Shown one piece after another: positions 1 through 11,370 of a stretch of DNA of 64,000 nucleotides. Both the position numbers and the translations under genes were made by a program. A model generated the notes under the pieces. It made no database searches. It saw nothing but the letters and a program-made list of their open reading frames with translations, and was not told the DNA's origin. The DNA comes from Phaeosaccion multiseriatum (lineage: Eukaryota; Protista; Ochrophyta, other classes): positions 3,472,001 to 3,536,000 of the forward strand of contig OZ218955.1 of NCBI GenBank assembly GCA_965112735.1, read 5' to 3'. Position 1 is the stretch's first letter; each line of letters opens with the position of its first letter.

Positions 1-1032
1 TCTCCACCTCTCTGGCCATTGCCCGGGCCGCGAGGGAGCTCTTCGCGTCTCTGAGCGCCACGAATAGGGCAGGATTGAACCCCATTCACTCGGCCATCTT
101 CGGCTGCGGCAATGACGAGAGGTGTGTGTGTGTGTGCCTCCTCCTCCTCCTGCTTCTTCTCCTCCTCCTCCTCCTCCTCCTCCTCCTCCTCCTCAACCCC
201 TACTTTCTCTCCCTTCCCCCCCTCAGTGTGGGCCCCGTCCTTAAGGCTCTGAAGGACTTGTTCTCCTCCTCCCCGGGTGCTTGGGAAGCCGCCCTGAGCG
301 CTCACGAGGAGGGCAAGATAGGAACGCCTCTCCAGGTAGGTATCATCTCTACTGTGGTTGTGCATGCAGGCGTATGGGCGTACGTGCATACCTGCATACG
401 TGGATGTCGGGGCGAAGAGTTGCAAGCTCCCCCCCTCGAGTTACAAGCAGTCACTACGCCTCTTAACCCCCCCCCCCCCCTCCTCTTCCTCCTCCTCCTC
501 CTCCCCCTCCTCCTCCTCCTCCTCCTCCTCCTCCTCCTCCTCCTCCTCCTCCTCCTCCTCCTCCTCCTCCTCCCCCTCCTCCTCCTCCCCCTCCCCCTCC
601 TCCTCCTCCTCCTCCCCCTCCTCCTCCCCTCCCAGGTGGCCCTCAGTAACATGAACACCCATGCCGTCAAGTGCCTTCTCGAGCTGAAGGCTCCAGTGCA
701 GGTGGCGTCAGCGGACGAAGAGCTGGGCTGGAGCGTGCTGCACTTGGCAGCTGCTAGTGGCAAGTCGGCGTGCTTGGAGGCACTGCTGGAGGCGCTGACG
801 GACGAGCAAGTGCGCGAGATGTGGGGGCCGCCGCAGTGGGGGAGGGACGCCAATGTACGTGTGAGCATGGGCACATGCATACATATATGCATGCACAAAT
901 ACACACACGTACATACATACACAGCACACGCACACACACACACACAAACACCCCCCCCCCACACACACACGCTCACGCTGGGATGCCAAAGCGAATGGCT
1001 CTCTTTGGTGCAAATGGTGATGCTCATCTCTG

Positions 1033-1068
<36 letters not shown>

Positions 1069-2115
1069 CCCCCCTCTCTCCCTCTCTCCCTCTCTCTCTC
1101 TGCTGTGTGTGTGTGTGTGTGTGGTGAATGCCTTGGAGCAGACCCGCAAGGGTATCACTCCCTTCCACTTGGCCGTGTTCAACGGCTGCTCGGCGGCTGT
1201 GCAGACTGCTCTCCTCGCTGCCATCAAGAAGGCCGGAGGGAGTGACAGCAGCATCAGTGAGCAGGCCTTGAGCGCACAGAGCGAGTCTGGAGAGAACGCC
1301 CTGCACACGGCTGCGAAGGTGTCCGGAGCAGCAAGCTTAAAGCTGCTGCTCAACGACAAGGCAGGCAGTGGGGAGAAGGAAGGAGGGGCAGGAGGTGCAG
1401 GAGGTGGTGATGTGGCGGTCGTCGAGGCTGTGAGGCAGGCCATGCTCGCGCAGGAGAATGTCGCCGGGCACATCCCTCTGGACACCGCTATTGCTCAGCT
1501 GCAGCAGGGCGTCCTCGGACAGACGCTGACCCGCAATGAAAGTGATGAGGAGAGCGACGACTATTACGACAGTGAGGACAGTGACTTTGAGGAACGGAAG
1601 GAGGCGAAGAAAGATGTGGTGGAGGAGAAGAACGTGGTGGCGGCCTATGCGGAGCTTCGAGCGGCGACTCAGGAGCAGACGGACTTCAAGAGAAAGGTGC
1701 GTCTGTCACATCACTCATCCTTTGTCCCCTTTACTCCCTCCACTCACTCCACCGAGTCAACTCCTCCACTCATGTGACTCATCCCTCCTCCCCCCTACTC
1801 CCTCCACCCCACTCACACCCTTCTATCACCCCATTCACCCTCCCTCCCTGTGCCCAGGGTGCGACTTTCGCAGAAGTCGAACAAGCGGCGGCCGCGGCTG
1901 CTTCTCGGGCCCACGGAAGCGGCTATGGAAGGCAAACCGACGCTGCCAAGCAGAGAGTGATGAAGAACATGGAGGGGGGTGGCACTTCGGGGCGCAGCCG
2001 AACGAGAGCAGTGCCGAGTGTTTCCGGGTCGAGTTCCCGTGGCCCCTCTGCTGCGGAGGGCATGGTGGAGTCGGCGAGGAAGGACTTGGGCTCTTGCATC
2101 CCGAGGAAGAAGTGA
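1..2115 (+). CDS. Ankyrin-repeat protein, 5'-truncated by the window edge; about 5 exons (~1-121, 227-335, 636-~854, 1142-1696, 1859-2115)
   Basis: Spliced translation gives ankyrin-type motifs: NRAGLNPIHSA, GWSVLHLAAASGKSACLEALL, KGITPFHLAVFNG, SGENALHTAA, AGHIPLDTA. GT..AG junctions keep the frame. Stop TGA at 2113-2115. Confidence 0.8.
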
Positions 2116-2789
2116 AGGAGGGGAGCAGGCGAGCAGGCGCCTTGATCGATTGATGGGTGGATTGATTGATTTGATTTATTGCTTGGAGGGAGGGAGGGAG
2201 GGGAGAGTCGCTTTGGTTTGTTGATGGATGGATGGATGGGTTCATTGATTGGTTGATTTGATGCTCTAGGGTAGGGGGGGAGGGACGGGAGGGGGAAAGG
2301 GAGGGAGGAAGGAAAGGAGCCTGTCTCCGACACTTCAACAAGCGAAAGGAGCGTGGCACATTCTTCCTTGTTTCTTCCTTTCGTTCGTTCTTTCAAGAAG
2401 AATGTTCTTCTGGGGGTACACGGTTTATGTTCCTTTGTCGATTGGAGTTTACTGTAAGACAGCAGGAGGGAGAGGGGGTGCAGACGACTTTACTTCAAAG
2501 GGCAAAAGGTGGGTATATATATACTCTCTCTTTCTTGCTTCCTTCGTTTCTTTCAAGAGCAATGCCCTTTGGGTCACACAATGTGCACCGGGTTTATGTT
2601 CATCGACTCGTCCTGCATGGCATTATGCCAGCAGGGCCACGGAGGGGGGGTTTATTATTTTCAATTATTAGTTTTTTGTTTTGTTTGTTGTTTTATTTCA
2701 GTAGCTTCTTTTACTTTTGTAAAAATAGATAAAAAAGCCTGGTGTGTAGTCTTAGGTGACTGCTGCGCCTTGGAGTGGTTATGACATTC

Positions 2790-5099
2790 TCAAGTCCACG
2801 TTTTGAAGGCCTCAAGCCCACGGCCTTCCCCTAGCCGGCTCGACCCAGCTCTCCTGCTTCTTGCTGCTGCGGTATGAGCAAAAGCCTCCGCTGCCATGGC
2901 TGCTGATTCTGCCAACTCCTCCTCGAAAATGAAGGCGGGGATGCGTGCACAGAGCTTATGCACATGCGTCTCAAAGTTGGGTTCGATACCGTAAGACCGC
3001 AGTAGCGCGAGACGGGGCACCAGGCTGCGCTTGATGCTTCGGCGCATAAGTTTGGGCATCATCAAGCCCACTCGCTGAGGTGTGGCTCCCTCCATCTCCC
3101 GCGTAAGGAGCTCGAGGATGGCCTTGCACTTGTCGAGCTTCTTCTCTTTGAACAAGCGCATCTTCGATTCAGTGTTGAACAGGGCCAGGGTCTCGGCCTC
3201 ACTCAGACCGAGAGCGCTTTCAAACCACGCCATCTTCTCCTCCATCAGCCCCGCTGCGTCCAACCCGTTCTGTCGGGACAGCCAATCCTCGAACTGCCAA
3301 CCTGAGTACGTGAAGGCCGCCCTCATATGGGGCGTCAGTAGCAGCTGCTCGATGCCCTTGGCCCGGATCCTGGCCAGTCGTGGCTTGACAACCCGATCCA
3401 CACTATTGTGTCCAAAGTAGCGCCACATTTCCAACCCAATCTCTCGGGGCGTGTAACGGCCGTGTGTTTCCTCCATCACCAACGCCACCACCTCTCTCAT
3501 CTTGGGCACACTCGTGGACGTGACCTTGATCCTTTGGGTGGGGAGGCTCATGCTTTCATTCCACTCTTGTTCCGTCAAGCCGAGCTCGCCCACGTAATAC
3601 TCCTTCGTGGCTGCTTCCTTGTGCTCCTTAGCCCCTACTCCTTGCCCTACCTCTAAGCGCTGAAACCACTTCTCGAAAAGAACCGCTTGAAGCTGAGTAA
3701 CGGCGCGGGCATGTCGGCCAAGCACGGGGCGAATGCCGAGGTCCTTGATACGTTGAATTCTCCCCTTGATGGTTCGTTCCACGCTGTTGCCCGTCTGCAA
3801 GTAAGGCATGAGTAGCCCTACTTCCCTCGGTGTGGCCCCGTCCATCTCCTCCATCATCAGGTTGGCAATGCTCCGGAGCTTGCGAAGACTGCCCACGTGT
3901 AACCGCCGAAAAAGGGCGGGTTGCAGGGTGATTTCCTCCCATTCGTGGTCCTGCAAGAAAAGCTCACTCTGGAGCCATTCCCTCTTGGCCTCGATTTTGC
4001 TTTTTTGCCTATCCGTAGGCTGCACCCGCGTGCTCACCGCAAACAGGTCCGTCAGATGCTCACCCCAGACGGGCAGAGGCTTTCCTTCTTCTCCCCCTCC
4101 CACCCCTCCTTTTTGCCGCTTGTTGAAAGACTCCAGCCGCCGTTTCACAGTAGGCTCTAGTGCCGGCCCCAGCTCTGGGCACTTTAATACTGCCATACCT
4201 ACGCTCACCGGGTCTGCTCCATTGAACCCCTGCACGAGAAGCTTCACCAGAGACTGAAGCTCTGGCAAGGTGGTCATCTCAACCCTCCTCTTCACCTCGG
4301 GGAGAAGGAGTTTCGCCCAGTTGGATTGGCTCACACCCAGCGCTTCCACAAACCACCGCCGCTTCTCCTCCAGCGACCCTTCCTTCTCCCGCGAGACCTG
4401 CCTGCTCAACCAAATGTCAAAATCCTCCTGCCTCCTGACACGAAACACCTGTTTGGCATGCCGATCGAACTCCGGGGTGATGCCTCGCTTCTTGAGTCGC
4501 TCCAGGCGACGCTCTCCCATCCGGAGGGGGCTACTCAGCACGATCGGGAGAATGAGACCAATCTTCCTATTTGTGGCCCCCTCCAGCTCGGCCAGCAAAG
4601 TTGCCACAACGGCACGCATCTTGGACAGAGAGCTGTTGAGGATTGGGACAGCTGTTCGCATCGCGTCCCACTCTGCCTGCGAGAGGCCCAACTCGTCCAC
4701 AAGGTAGGCTTGCTTCGCCTTCATCTTTGGTGATTGCAAATCATAGGCAGCAGCAGTGGTAGAGCCAGACTCACTGCTGCTGCCAGAGTCACTGCTCCTG
4801 GTGCTGCCGCTGAAGAGGAGAAGGCTGCTGACTGCACCATCATTTCCCCTCCTCCAACCGCGATTAATCGATGCGCAGCTGCTACTGCTGCTGCTTCTGC
4901 TGCTGCGTAGACCAGCCTCGGCTCTGTGGGTGATGCTGCTTCTGCATGGTCGCCTCGTGCTTCCACCATCTCCCTTCGAAGAGCTCTTCTGTGGAGCAGC
5001 AGCCGGGGTGAAGCAGCGCCCCCTCCACAACAGTACCCACACGAATCCAAGGGAGAAGAGGCGGTTATGGTGCGGTTGCCATGGCCTTGCTCTTTGCAT
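2790..5099 (-). CDS. Intronless helical-repeat protein with five ~120-aa mTERF-like units; probable bipartite plastid-targeting presequence
   Basis: 780-aa ORF (first ATG ~5099). N-terminus is hydrophobic (LFSLGFVWVLLWRGRC-F) followed by a Ser/Arg-rich region. Five repeats with consensus K..(W/Y)...LGL...EW...(L)..G.TP..VGL..P...S..R...PRL..L...GI....H......F..W, reminiscent of mTERF motifs. Family call is by motif resemblance only. Confidence 0.65.
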   Translation of the reverse strand: MQRARPWQPHHNRLFSLGFVWVLLWRGRCFTPAAAPQKSSSKGDGGSTRRPCRSSITHRAEAGLRSSRSSSSSSCASINRGWRRGNDGAVSSLLLFSGSTRSSDSGSSSESGSTTAAAYDLQSPKMKAKQAYLVDELGLSQAEWDAMRTAVPILNSSLSKMRAVVATLLAELEGATNRKIGLILPIVLSSPLRMGERRLERLKKRGITPEFDRHAKQVFRVRRQEDFDIWLSRQVSREKEGSLEEKRRWFVEALGVSQSNWAKLLLPEVKRRVEMTTLPELQSLVKLLVQGFNGADPVSVGMAVLKCPELGPALEPTVKRRLESFNKRQKGGVGGGEEGKPLPVWGEHLTDLFAVSTRVQPTDRQKSKIEAKREWLQSELFLQDHEWEEITLQPALFRRLHVGSLRKLRSIANLMMEEMDGATPREVGLLMPYLQTGNSVERTIKGRIQRIKDLGIRPVLGRHARAVTQLQAVLFEKWFQRLEVGQGVGAKEHKEAATKEYYVGELGLTEQEWNESMSLPTQRIKVTSTSVPKMREVVALVMEETHGRYTPREIGLEMWRYFGHNSVDRVVKPRLARIRAKGIEQLLLTPHMRAAFTYSGWQFEDWLSRQNGLDAAGLMEEKMAWFESALGLSEAETLALFNTESKMRLFKEKKLDKCKAILELLTREMEGATPQRVGLMMPKLMRRSIKRSLVPRLALLRSYGIEPNFETHVHKLCARIPAFIFEEELAESAAMAAEAFAHTAAARSRRAGSSRLGEGRGLEAFKTWT

Positions 5100-5600
5100 G
5101 TGCCCCGCGCTCAAAATTATCGATGGCTCCAACGTCTTGAACGAAGGACCGCAGCACTTGCTACGGACGAAGAAGAGGGGCGAATGTTTAGACTTGACAG
5201 TAGAAGCTCACACAGACTCGAGCATTTTGAGGGACAGCAGAGCTGAGAAGAGACGAGTCTGCAATAAAAAAAAGGGGGGGTATTGTTGGAGAACCAACCT
5301 TCTAACGTGGTATCTGTGAGCATAGAAAAATGAAACTGAAACTGTAAACTGTTTTTTCCCTCCTTTTATACTACAGTATGCACAGGCATTATTCACAAAA
5401 AGGCCTCCATGCAGCGATCCCGTGAACCCTCTCCTACCCCGCCCTTCTCCCCATGGCTCAAGCAAAGGAAGCGCGTTCGCTTTCCAGCGATGGTCGCCCG
5501 TGAAGAGTAGCGTAGGCTGCCGTCGCCTAATCCCCAATCCACTGGTAGCTGTGGCTGAGGCAACTCCTCCTCCCCAATGTGGACCCCATTGGGCATAAAT

Positions 5601-7044
5601 TCAGAATATCCTCGGCCGCCCCTCCGCGTTCGGTCCCGCCAGTGCCTTAATGTCCTTAACATCGAAGGTAGATACGGTTGCCGCTGCATCACCGGGGGCT
5701 CCCTGCGGTTCGGCCTCTGCGGCTGCCCCTCCCTTCGCCTCCGCCCCCCCCCCTTCTCCTTCTCCTCCTCCTCCTCCTCCTCCTGCTGCTGCTGCTGCCA
5801 CCTTATCCTCCATATCTCTGACCATGGCCCTGCCCACAGAGGCCACAGGCAGAGAGCTCATCAACATCATGCCCAGCTTCTCCACCCCTCTCGCGTCCTC
5901 GCCTCTGTCGAGCAGGCCGGGCCGGAACACGGAGGTCAGCGGGAAGTGCTGCTTCTTGACTTCTTCTTCGCCCCTGTGGCAGGGCAACAGCATTACAGCA
6001 TTACAGTAGAGGCACAGCAGCAGCAGCAGTAGCAGCAGCAGCAAGCGCGGGGCAAGGGTCAACACGGGGCGAGAAAGGGAGGGGGGAGGTGGAATGAGAT
6101 CACAACGGGGTGGCGACGCCAAAATAAGGGAAGGGAAAAAGCAACACGCAGGCAGCAAGACCGAAAGACAAGATGGATGGAGTGAGAAGGGAGTCGCACC
6201 GGCCCTTGGTCTTGAGGTAGAGGCTGTAGAAGGCACCCGCGCTGGCCCCTCGGGAAGAGAGCAGGCTAAACCCCTCAACTGCGGCCTCCTTGGCTGCAGC
6301 ACTGGCGCTCTGCAGGGGAGGGAGTACCGAGGATGGCAGCACAGAGAACAAGCCGGAGACAAAGCTCAGAGGCAAGAGAGAAACTGAGACAAGAGCGAGG
6401 GGGGGGTATGAGGCCCGGACGGTTCAATGAACATCGCCTCTTCCTTTCGTTCTGTCACACCTCAAGATAGCCCAAGTCAATCTCCACGAATTTTTTGGCC
6501 GATCCAGCGTCCTTCCTCGTCGTGCCGAGGGTGTAGAACACGACGGTGGGAGCAGGAGCTGGGGACCCACCAGACTTGCCGGAGAGTAGTGGCGTGTAAG
6601 TTGATGCGTTCGTCACGTCGACCTGCTGGATGTTGAGCTTGCTCGGGGGGGAGGAGGCCTCGTCTCCGTCTTCACCCCCCCCGAGCCAAACGGATGGCTG
6701 CACAGGGCGTCGCGTCAAAGCCACCACCTCTTCGCACTGGAGGGTGGGGGGAGGGGAATGATCGATGGGGTAGGAAAGGGGTGTGAGAGAGGCGTGGAGG
6801 GCCGCCATCAGCCAAGATACTTCCTCGCTCTCTCTACTCTTTCCTCGGTATCCACTACTCTTTACCTCGCCCTCCTACCTTGGAGCTCTTGACAAGTTCT
6901 CGCACGACGTCCCTGAAACGATAAAGAGGGAAGAGGGAGAAGAAAGGGGGAGATGAGGGACAAGAAGAACAACAAGAGGGAGGGCGGGACGATAGCTCAC
7001 CTTCCTACCGCGCCTGTTGACCCGAATACCACGGCCCTGTACAT
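5601..7044 (-). CDS. HTATIP2/TIP30 (CC3)-like NAD(P)-binding oxidoreductase, about 5 exons
   Basis: Exon 1 MYRAVVFGSTGAVGR (Rossmann GxTGxVG), then VVALTRR, FYTLGTTRKDAGSAKKFVEIDLGY, FSLLSSRGAS..LYLKTKG, FRPGLLDRGEDAR. These motifs are characteristic of the TIP30 family. Splice phases are consistent. Confidence 0.85.
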
Positions 7045-8079
7045 GCTTTGCTTTAGAAACTAAAAGGAAAGGGGAATGGGAATTAGAAAATAGAAAGAGG
7101 TAAGAGTGGCGTTAAATGCTTCCTTTCAGAACTTAGAAGGAGGTACAATAGAGCACGCTTTCTTTTATCATTTTGCTTCTTACCTCTCCTGATGACCCGG
7201 ATGCGGACTTAAGAGAAAAGAAGAGAGGAAAATGAGAGAAGGGGGGAAAAGGAAAAGGGGGAAAAGGGAATCGATATTTGGTATCGATATCGATATTTTT
7301 TGGAATAAAAATTTGATATTAAATTTTTTCTTCGGTCTCCCCCTCTCACAGTCGTTGCTGCTGCACTGCTCACTCCGTGCCGCTGGAGCTCTTTGCAAAT
7401 GGGCGGCCGAAAGAATCAAATCAGCGTGAATAAATGAATGGGTGCACATCTGACCCGAAGCACCGAGCCATATGACCCGACCCCCCGACCATTAGGGGGA
7501 AGACGGCTTATGCTCGATGCTGAGTGAATGGTAACCCGTACAGGCATGCCAGCAGGGCCACAGTGCTCCAGCGAGATAGTAGCGAGGCTGCCATTGCTGG
7601 GTAACTTCGCAGGCCCCAGCAGGAAAGCAGAGGACGCAAGCGCAGAAGCCCTCTGTCGCCTTCCCTGTCCCCCCCACGCAGTACGTCAGTGAGTGGCGAC
7701 GCTCACCCATCGTCTGTCGGCGTCACTTCCCGTCCTCCATTGGGGAGGAGGAACGGTCCTGCTCCATACTACCCACTAGGGCATCCTGACCACGCAATAA
7801 GTCCTTGAGTGATCGGACGTTCTGTTCGCCTCCCCCTCCCTTGGCCCCGTGGCGTGGTGCTTCCTCCCCAGTGCCATATACCCATATACCCCCACTCAAG
7901 CAAAGAAAAGCTCTTTCCTCGCGGTACGCGACCGTACTGCATGATTGTCCAATACGAACAACACGACTTGTGCAGGCTGCAGGGAAGTTGAGACTTCCAA
8001 TCCGGCAGTGCGCTAGGAGGTGTAAGGAGCAGAACAGCTGCGGGGTACTGCAGTAGGACAGTACAGCAAGGTGCTGCTG

Positions 8080-11064
8080 CTACCGGAAGTATTTGGGGGC
8101 CGAGGGTTGGAAGGCCGCCGCAGCTTCATCGAAGGCTCGTAGCAGATCATCCGGGAGGGGCTGGGTGTCCACGCTTGCGTCGATGTTGGCCTTGCAGTGG
8201 GCCACACTGGACCCCCCAATGATGACTCCATCGCCATGTGCGCCCTCGAGGGCAGAGTGCAGGTGTAGCCAGCGTAGAGAGGCTGACACAAGGGTGGTGT
8301 TGTGCTTCTGGGGGAGGAGGAGGAGGAGGGGGAGGGGGAGGGGGAGGAGGAGGAGGGGGAGGAGGAGGGGAGGGGAGTAGGGTGGTGAGGGAGTAGTAGT
8401 AGTCGTAGTAGGAGGAGGAGGAGCAGAAGTAGGAGTTGGAGGAGGAGAGAAGAAGAAAGAGGAGGAGGGGGAGGAGGAGGAAGGTAAGGTGGCGAAGGAG
8501 GAGTAGGAGGAGGAGGCCGACCTCTTGCCCTCATAAAACTCGTCTCTGTCTCGTACGTTTCGCTGGCTGGCACGAGAGGGGGAAGGTTCAAATAAACTGA
8601 AACTGAAACTAACCTCGCACAACGCCTTGAGCTTCTCCACTGCTTCGAATATGGGGCGGTGCCAGAACCGCTCGCGATACCTATTCGGGGGGAGGGGACG
8701 GGGGAGCGCCGCAGGCAGGAGAGCCGAGAGCAGAAGGAGGGAGCGGGGGCGGGGAGGCGACACACCACCGAAGGAAGGACACAATCAGTTAGCGAAAAAA
8801 GGTGAAGCGAAGGGTCACTCCAGACTGCCACAGGAGGAACGGCGCGGGAGGGGTAGGGGAAAGTCAATCTGAATCTATACGCGTATACACAGAGGGGGGA
8901 GAGGACACAGGGGCAATCAACAGGGCTCTGCGAAGGGGGAGGGGAAGCAGTATGCCGCAGACGAGAGAGGTAGGCCGAGGGAGGGGGGAGAAGGAGCATG
9001 CACAGAGGAGAGAACGAGCAGCTCTGCTTTGCCTTTGCTCACCGTTGTCCCCACAGTGTATCGCCGTTGAACCTCCCCGACTTTGGATCATCGTCAAAAC
9101 TGTGCACTCCACTCAGCACTCCCCCTGGCGCATGCAACAGCCAAAGGCGAAACACAGGAAACGCGAGGCAAGGGGAGGTGAAGTGATGTGGTATGAGGTG
9201 AGGTGAAGGGGGGACGTGCCCAGTGATCGACGATCGACATCGAGCCCCTTCCATGCGACCCATATCGAAGCGTCTGTCCTCCAATCAACCAACCCCACTG
9301 ACGTCACCTGCGAGGGGGTTGTATGCGTAGAAGCTCATACCCATGGCCCTCAAGGCCGGCAGCAGCTCGGCCTCAACCTCTCGCGTGACAGCATTGTACA
9401 TCCCCTGGTAAACGCTGGGAGGGGGGAGACCCAGGGCCTTGCAGCGATGGTGAATGTCTACCACCTTTTGAGTCAGCCAGGGTGGGTGAGTGGGTGAGAG
9501 GGGCAGGAAGCGGCAGACAACATAGCGAGAGAGGGAGAAGGAGAGAGTCACACGCAGGCGGTGGGGAGGCGGAGAGGCGAGTTCTCACGCACCTGCCAAG
9601 CAGCAAAGTTGGAGAGCCCCCACTCCACGAACTTTCCCTCCTGTGCAGGGATAGATGGATGAAGACATAGATGAGAGATGAAGATTGATGGATACATAAC
9701 ATACGGCAGATAGGTGCCCGAAACACTGAAGAGTCACCACGACAAGACAAGACAGACAAGAGGAAAGGGAAAGAACACAACACACCTTTTTGAGCTCGAG
9801 GAGGGCCTTGAGCGTGTCGTCGATGGGTGTGTCATGGTCTGGCGCGTGTAAGTAGTAGAGGTCGCAGCTGTCGAGCTTGAGATTGGCCAGCGATTTGCTG
9901 ATCTGTTCTTTCAAGAGGGAGGGCTGATTCGCAGGGAGACGGCGGGACATACGACGACAGAGGTGGGAGACGAAGGAGCGGGCAGGCAGGGAGTAAGGAG
10001 GGAGGCAGAGAGAGAGACAGGGGGAAGGGGGGCTCCGTTGTTAGGATAGTCCTCAGAGACTCTGAATGAGTGGGAAGGTGATGGGATTGGCGAGGGTGGG
10101 GTAAGGTGAGGTGAGTCGAGGTGAGACCGGGCTGTCACAGTTGTCGGGAAAGGTCCCGGGTGAGAAGGGGGAAGGGGGCACTTTTGTGGCGCTGCTGCGA
10201 TAGGCTCGTGCAGCAACCATGGAAGGGGCGGGATAGGAGCTGCCATGGGAGTGTGCAGCGAGGATGACACACACCTGGAGACCGGCACTAAGGGTCGTGG
10301 TGGTGGGATACCTGCCAGCAGAAGAGGAGGGTGGGTATTGTGGGAGGGGAGTGAGCGGTGGGAAAGAGAGAGAGAGAGTAGGGCGGACGAGAACAAAATA
10401 AGCACTCACCAGGGGTTGGCTTTGCTTGCCACTTTGTAGCCTCCCATGCCGATTTCGCCTGATGTTCAGAGCCGGACAAAAGGACCAAAGCAGTGGTAAA
10501 GTCAAAAGAAGTGGGGCAGTAGAAGAGAAGTGCGAGGTGGGTGCTGCTGTGTTTCCTTCCACCCTCTCAAGCCCCTCTCCACCCACCAACCACACCGCCC
10601 GCCACCCTCCGTCCCCACCTCTCACCGAGCGCCTCCTCCGTTCCCCCGCCTTGGTACATGATGGCCGAGTCGATGTCCTCGTGCCCCGCCGCTTTGAAGT
10701 ACTCAAGTACCTCTCCCGTGGCGGCCATGTCTAGCGGCTTGGGGATGGACATGGTGCCAAGGATGGTCTTCACCTTGGTGGGTGCGGCTGAGGCTGGGGT
10801 CCATAGAACGTTACGAAAGAGGTGACGCAAGAGACCACTTAGACAAGAAGGAGAAGCAGCAGCACCAGAGCAGATACGATGAGGCTCCCTTTATAACAAA
10901 ATAAAATATAATAAAAGGCAGAGGAGCGGTTCGGTCGGTCGGTCGGTGGTACCTAACTGCATTCCCCGCTTGATCGTGGAAAACGCTGCGGCCATGTGCT
11001 GTTGCTGAGAGGCGACAACGACAGTGCCTAAAACAAACGCAATTCGATAACCCTTCTTTACCAT
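8080..11064 (-). CDS. Aldo-keto reductase, AKR7 (aflatoxin B1 aldehyde reductase)-like, multi-exon, with N-terminal targeting presequence
   Basis: ILGTM, DIDSAIMYQGGGTEEALG, KVASKANPW, DLYYLHAPDHDTPIDDTL, GLSNFAAWQ, PSVYQGMYNAVTREVEAELLPALR, YAYNPLAG, YRERFW, LRWLHLHSAL..GDGVIIGGSS. First exon MVKKGYRIAFVLGTVVVASQQQHMAAAF splices in phase 1 onto (A)SAAPTK. Confidence 0.88.
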
Positions 11065-11370
11065 TCCCTTCCTCTCGCTACCGGGGGCACCCGAATCGGC
11101 ATGCAAAAATACAATGCGGCTGCTCAGGTGGGCCATCGTCGCCACCTGTGTGGTTTGAATCACCACCCACCCAGTCAATGATGGAAAAACCAAGAAAATA
11201 ATACCCCGATCCCCCGCGCAAAAGCGAAGTTGTTGGCGGAAGCAAAATATGCAAATTTTCGGTCAAGCTCCCCATAAACTCTTCCGGCAAAGGCTCCTTC
11301 ACTTGCTTCTTATACCCTTTGCCTCATCAGCAGCTGCAGAGCACACACGCAGTCACAAACACTTTAGCCA

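Noticed and set aside
7180-8056. Short ORFs between the TIP30-like and AKR7-like genes
   Set aside because: No recognisable motifs or convincing splice structure; more likely promoter/UTR.
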